Assembly: GCA_938016625.1 (NCBI GenBank)
Contig: CALILB010000379.1
Span: 1 to 17,010, forward strand
DNA: 17,010 nucleotides
Direction: 5' to 3'
Source: an uncultured bacterium
GTDB lineage: Bacteria; Acidobacteriota; Thermoanaerobaculia; Multivoradales; JAHEKO01
This document shows, one piece after another, positions 14,745 through 17,010 of the stretch (position 1 is its first letter; the number at the start of each line of letters is the position of its first letter). The notes under the pieces were generated by a model. The model was given only the letters and a program-made list of their open reading frames with translations. It did no database searches and was not told where the DNA came from. The position numbers were made by a program, and so were the translations under genes.

Positions 14745-15665
14745 ATGTCGCTGACCCCCACCGAGAGAGCATGTCTCGAAGCCTTTCGACAAGGTGCCGA
14801 TCCGGTGCGGACTAGGGATCCGGGCAGGATGGAAGAGTGGCTCGGATTCGGTCTCCGTCTGCTGCTGGAGGCGGGCGCGAAGATCCGAGAGGGTCGCGCC
14901 AAGATCGACGAGGGCGAGGTCGAGCTCAAGAGTGATGGGTCCCCCGTCACTAGTATCGAGGAGGAGATCGAGCGGCTATTGGTAGAACGCCTCACGGTCT
15001 TTACCGAGAACATTGCGATGGTGGGTGAGGAGACCGGTGGAGCTCTGCCGGAGTCGGGATTTGCGGTGGCGATCGATCCGATCGACGGCACCTGGGCCTT
15101 TGTCAACGGCACCGAGACCTACACCACCACCCTCGCCTTCTTCCATGACCGTGAGCCCTTTCTGGGCATGGTCTCCAACCCCGCTACAGGCGAGATCGGG
15201 TATGCCCTCAACGAGGAGGCCTCGCGCCTTCTTCAGCTCTCCCTCTATGGCGAAGCAGATGCCGCCTGTTCTTTGCCACGGGCGGGAGCGGAGGCCGCGC
15301 CACCCTGCCTACTTGTCAATGTCCATCCGAGCAGCCAAGGTGGAGCCCTGGCCGCGGCACTCCACGAGGCATGGTCGCGGGGTGAGGTCGACATGGTGCG
15401 CTCACCCGGCGGCTCGCCGGCCTGGGCGCTGCTCGAAGCCGCCAAGGGCGACTTCGTCTATGTCAATCAGTGGACGAAGAGGCCGGCGGACGTCTACGAC
15501 CTGGCTGCCGGTGTCCTGCTCGTGCGGCGGGCCGGCGGTGAGGTCACGGATCTGGAAGGGCAGCCGATCGACATGCTTCGCCACCAGGGTCCCTTTGTCG
15601 CCTCGATCGACCAGCCTTCCAGAAAAAAGGTAATCGAGCTGGTCGGCCGGGTGGTGAGCAGCTAG
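14745..15665 (+). CDS. Inositol monophosphatase / CysQ (3'(2'),5'-bisphosphate nucleotidase) family phosphatase.
   Basis: Family motifs are present: MVGEETGG (metal-binding E-E), AIDPIDGTWAFVNGT (the DPIDGT signature) and, later, WAL..LEAAKGDFVYV (WD-x-x-AG-like). ATG 14745 is preferred because an RBS-like GGGTGA lies 6 nt upstream, inside the stop of the previous gene. The six-frame track starts at TTG 14739. Confidence 0.8.
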   Translation: MSLTPTERACLEAFRQGADPVRTRDPGRMEEWLGFGLRLLLEAGAKIREGRAKIDEGEVELKSDGSPVTSIEEEIERLLVERLTVFTENIAMVGEETGGALPESGFAVAIDPIDGTWAFVNGTETYTTTLAFFHDREPFLGMVSNPATGEIGYALNEEASRLLQLSLYGEADAACSLPRAGAEAAPPCLLVNVHPSSQGGALAAALHEAWSRGEVDMVRSPGGSPAWALLEAAKGDFVYVNQWTKRPADVYDLAAGVLLVRRAGGEVTDLEGQPIDMLRHQGPFVASIDQPSRKKVIELVGRVVSS

Positions 15666-15725
15666 CCGGCTACCGCCTCTCGTCGTACTTAGAAGTCAGT
15701 TCGAAGGAATAGATCGCAGGGTCGA

Positions 15726-16985
15726 TTAGCTGTTGCGGCGCAACAGCATGACAGTGATGTCGTCCTCCTGGGGAGCCGATCCGCTGTGGTCGTCGACGCT
15801 GCGGAGAATCTCCTGAATCACCTCGGCGCACGACAGGTGACCGGTCTTCTGGAGGATCTTCATCACGGGCTCTTTCTCGAGCTCCTCGTCCTCGGCGTTC
15901 CGCGCCTCGAAGACTCCATCGGTGATCAGAGCCAGGGTGTCCCCGGGCTCGAGATCGACAGCCGTTGGTGCGAGAACCTCCTGCATTGGAAACATGCCCA
16001 GTGGAACACAGGTCGGGTCGAGTAACTGGAACTCATCAACGGCTGCCCGGTAGAGGATGAGTGGTCCCTGACCTGCCGCATGGTACCGAAGCTGGTGCCC
16101 TTCGGAATCGAGGTGTCCGATGAAGGCTGTGACGAATCGGCCAGCGGGCAGATCCTCCGTGAGCTGGTCGTTGATGTTCTTCAGCAACTGCTCGAGATCG
16201 ATTCCCAGTCGGACGGCCAGCCGGAGCATCGAGCGGACCTGGGTAACGCTGAGGGCGGGTCCGATTCCGTGTCCCGTGGCATCCGCCAGAAGCATCATCA
16301 GATTGCCTGTCGGCGAAGCGATCAGGTCGAACGAGTCGCCGCTCGTTTGCTCCGCTGGGCGGTTCAACCCAGCCACGTCGTAGCCCGGTATCTGTGGCAT
16401 CTCTTCGGGAAGGGTGCGCTGTTGGATGTCCCTGGCGACGCCGAGCTCACTTTCCAGATGAGCCTTGGCCAGACTGTCCTCGTGATATTGCGCGTTGCTG
16501 ATGGACAACGATGCGAAGTGCGTAAGCTCTTTCAGTAGGAGTCGATCGCTGTCATCGATTGCCGCATTCTCGTTGAGGTAGATCTGCAGCACACCGATGG
16601 TCGCCTTCGACTCGTCACAGAGCGACAGCGAGACGATAGTCCGCGAGCCGTCCTGACTGATCTCTTCGGTCATCTCGCAGTGCTTCGATGCTTCCTCAGC
16701 AAGATTTGAGCAGTGCTGCCGCTCAGTGTCGGCCATCTCGCTCGGCCAACGCGAGTGCTCGAGCTCGAGCGTTTCGTCTTCGTCGTTGCACAGGTAGATG
16801 CTGCCGCCGATCGCACCCAATTCGCCGGTCGCGATATCGAGAAACGCGTTGAGCACCCGGTCGAGGGTCAGCGACGAGTGAATGCTCTTCGCCGCAGCGA
16901 TAATCATGGACAGTCGCCAGAGCTTGGTCTCGGCGGTGAGACTCGTCGTTTCGTCCACTACGTCTTTGAGGGATTTTTCCGTCAC
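15726..16985 (-). CDS. GAF-domain plus PP2C (SpoIIE/RsbU/RsbP-type) serine phosphatase. It is convergent with the upstream operon.
   Basis: The N-terminal GAF-like region is LSMIIAAAKSIHSSLTLDRVLNAFLDIATGELGAIGGSIYLCNDEDETLELEHS.... The PP2C core is LESELGVARDIQQRTLP...SGDSFDLI...LMMLLADATGHGIGPALSVTQVRSML...RFVTAFIGHLD...YHAAGQGP...LALITDGVFEA...EDDITVMLLRR. The GTG start has GGAGGG 6 nt upstream on the minus strand. Confidence 0.85.
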   Translation of the reverse strand: MTEKSLKDVVDETTSLTAETKLWRLSMIIAAAKSIHSSLTLDRVLNAFLDIATGELGAIGGSIYLCNDEDETLELEHSRWPSEMADTERQHCSNLAEEASKHCEMTEEISQDGSRTIVSLSLCDESKATIGVLQIYLNENAAIDDSDRLLLKELTHFASLSISNAQYHEDSLAKAHLESELGVARDIQQRTLPEEMPQIPGYDVAGLNRPAEQTSGDSFDLIASPTGNLMMLLADATGHGIGPALSVTQVRSMLRLAVRLGIDLEQLLKNINDQLTEDLPAGRFVTAFIGHLDSEGHQLRYHAAGQGPLILYRAAVDEFQLLDPTCVPLGMFPMQEVLAPTAVDLEPGDTLALITDGVFEARNAEDEELEKEPVMKILQKTGHLSCAEVIQEILRSVDDHSGSAPQEDDITVMLLRRNS

Positions 16986-17010
16986 TGCCCGCCCTCCAAT
17001 CTAGGTGCCG

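Noticed and set aside
15729-15747. Near-perfect palindrome GCTGTTGCG-g-CGCAACAGC at the convergent gene junction.
   Set aside because: It lies entirely within the last codons of the GAF-PP2C gene (encoding ...MLLRRNS). There is no loop and no T-tract, so it is not a credible intrinsic terminator. It is probably a coding coincidence, although a protein-binding palindrome cannot be excluded.
1-17010. Search for CRISPR repeats, tRNA/rRNA, IS elements, integrases and toxin-antitoxin or phage-defence signatures.
   Set aside because: I saw no regularly spaced direct repeats, no tRNA-like cloverleaf candidates in the few short intergenic regions, and no transposase, integrase or known defence-domain motifs in any frame. 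The window looks like core or accessory chromosomal signalling DNA rather than a mobile element.

Overview
This is a high-GC (roughly 62-65% by eye) bacterial chromosomal segment. It is densely packed with plus-strand genes and has a single minus-strand gene at the 3' end. I see no rRNA, tRNA, CRISPR array, transposase or integrase signatures.

The first ~2.8 kb is a conventional nitrogen-assimilation cluster: a 5'-truncated Amt ammonium transporter, a P-II protein (atypical, with Arg at the Tyr51 position) and glutamine synthetase type I. A flotillin/SPFH gene follows.

The centre (4.3-10.7 kb) is the striking part: a complete stressosome / partner-switching signalling module with no sigma factor gene and unusual domain fusions. 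It comprises (i) a membrane-anchored RsbR paralog with dCache sensor, HAMP and STAS; (ii) a globin-coupled RsbR paralog with a plausible proximal-His motif; (iii) RsbS; (iv) an RsbT kinase fused in-frame to an RsbX-like feedback PP2C phosphatase; (v) an RsbU-like PP2C fused to an RsbW-like GHKL kinase, preceded by a possibly degenerate RsbT-like N-domain; and (vi) an RsbV-like antagonist. Several junctions show translational coupling (ATGA overlaps).

Downstream, and apparently co-operonic (14-bp and 6-bp gaps), are a 6TM voltage-sensor K+ channel with a C-terminal cyclic-nucleotide-binding domain, an 866-aa multidomain protein (N-domain of uncertain fold, an APH/choline-kinase-like small-molecule kinase, and a NUDT9-like Nudix hydrolase) and an inositol-monophosphatase/CysQ-family phosphatase. 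A convergent GAF-PP2C (SpoIIE-type) phosphatase closes the window.

The most interesting hypothesis is a sigma-independent stressosome whose output is unknown. It may be wired to K+ flux and to nucleotide metabolism rather than to transcription. All domain calls come from reading the translated ORFs by eye against remembered family motifs. None has been checked by a database search.
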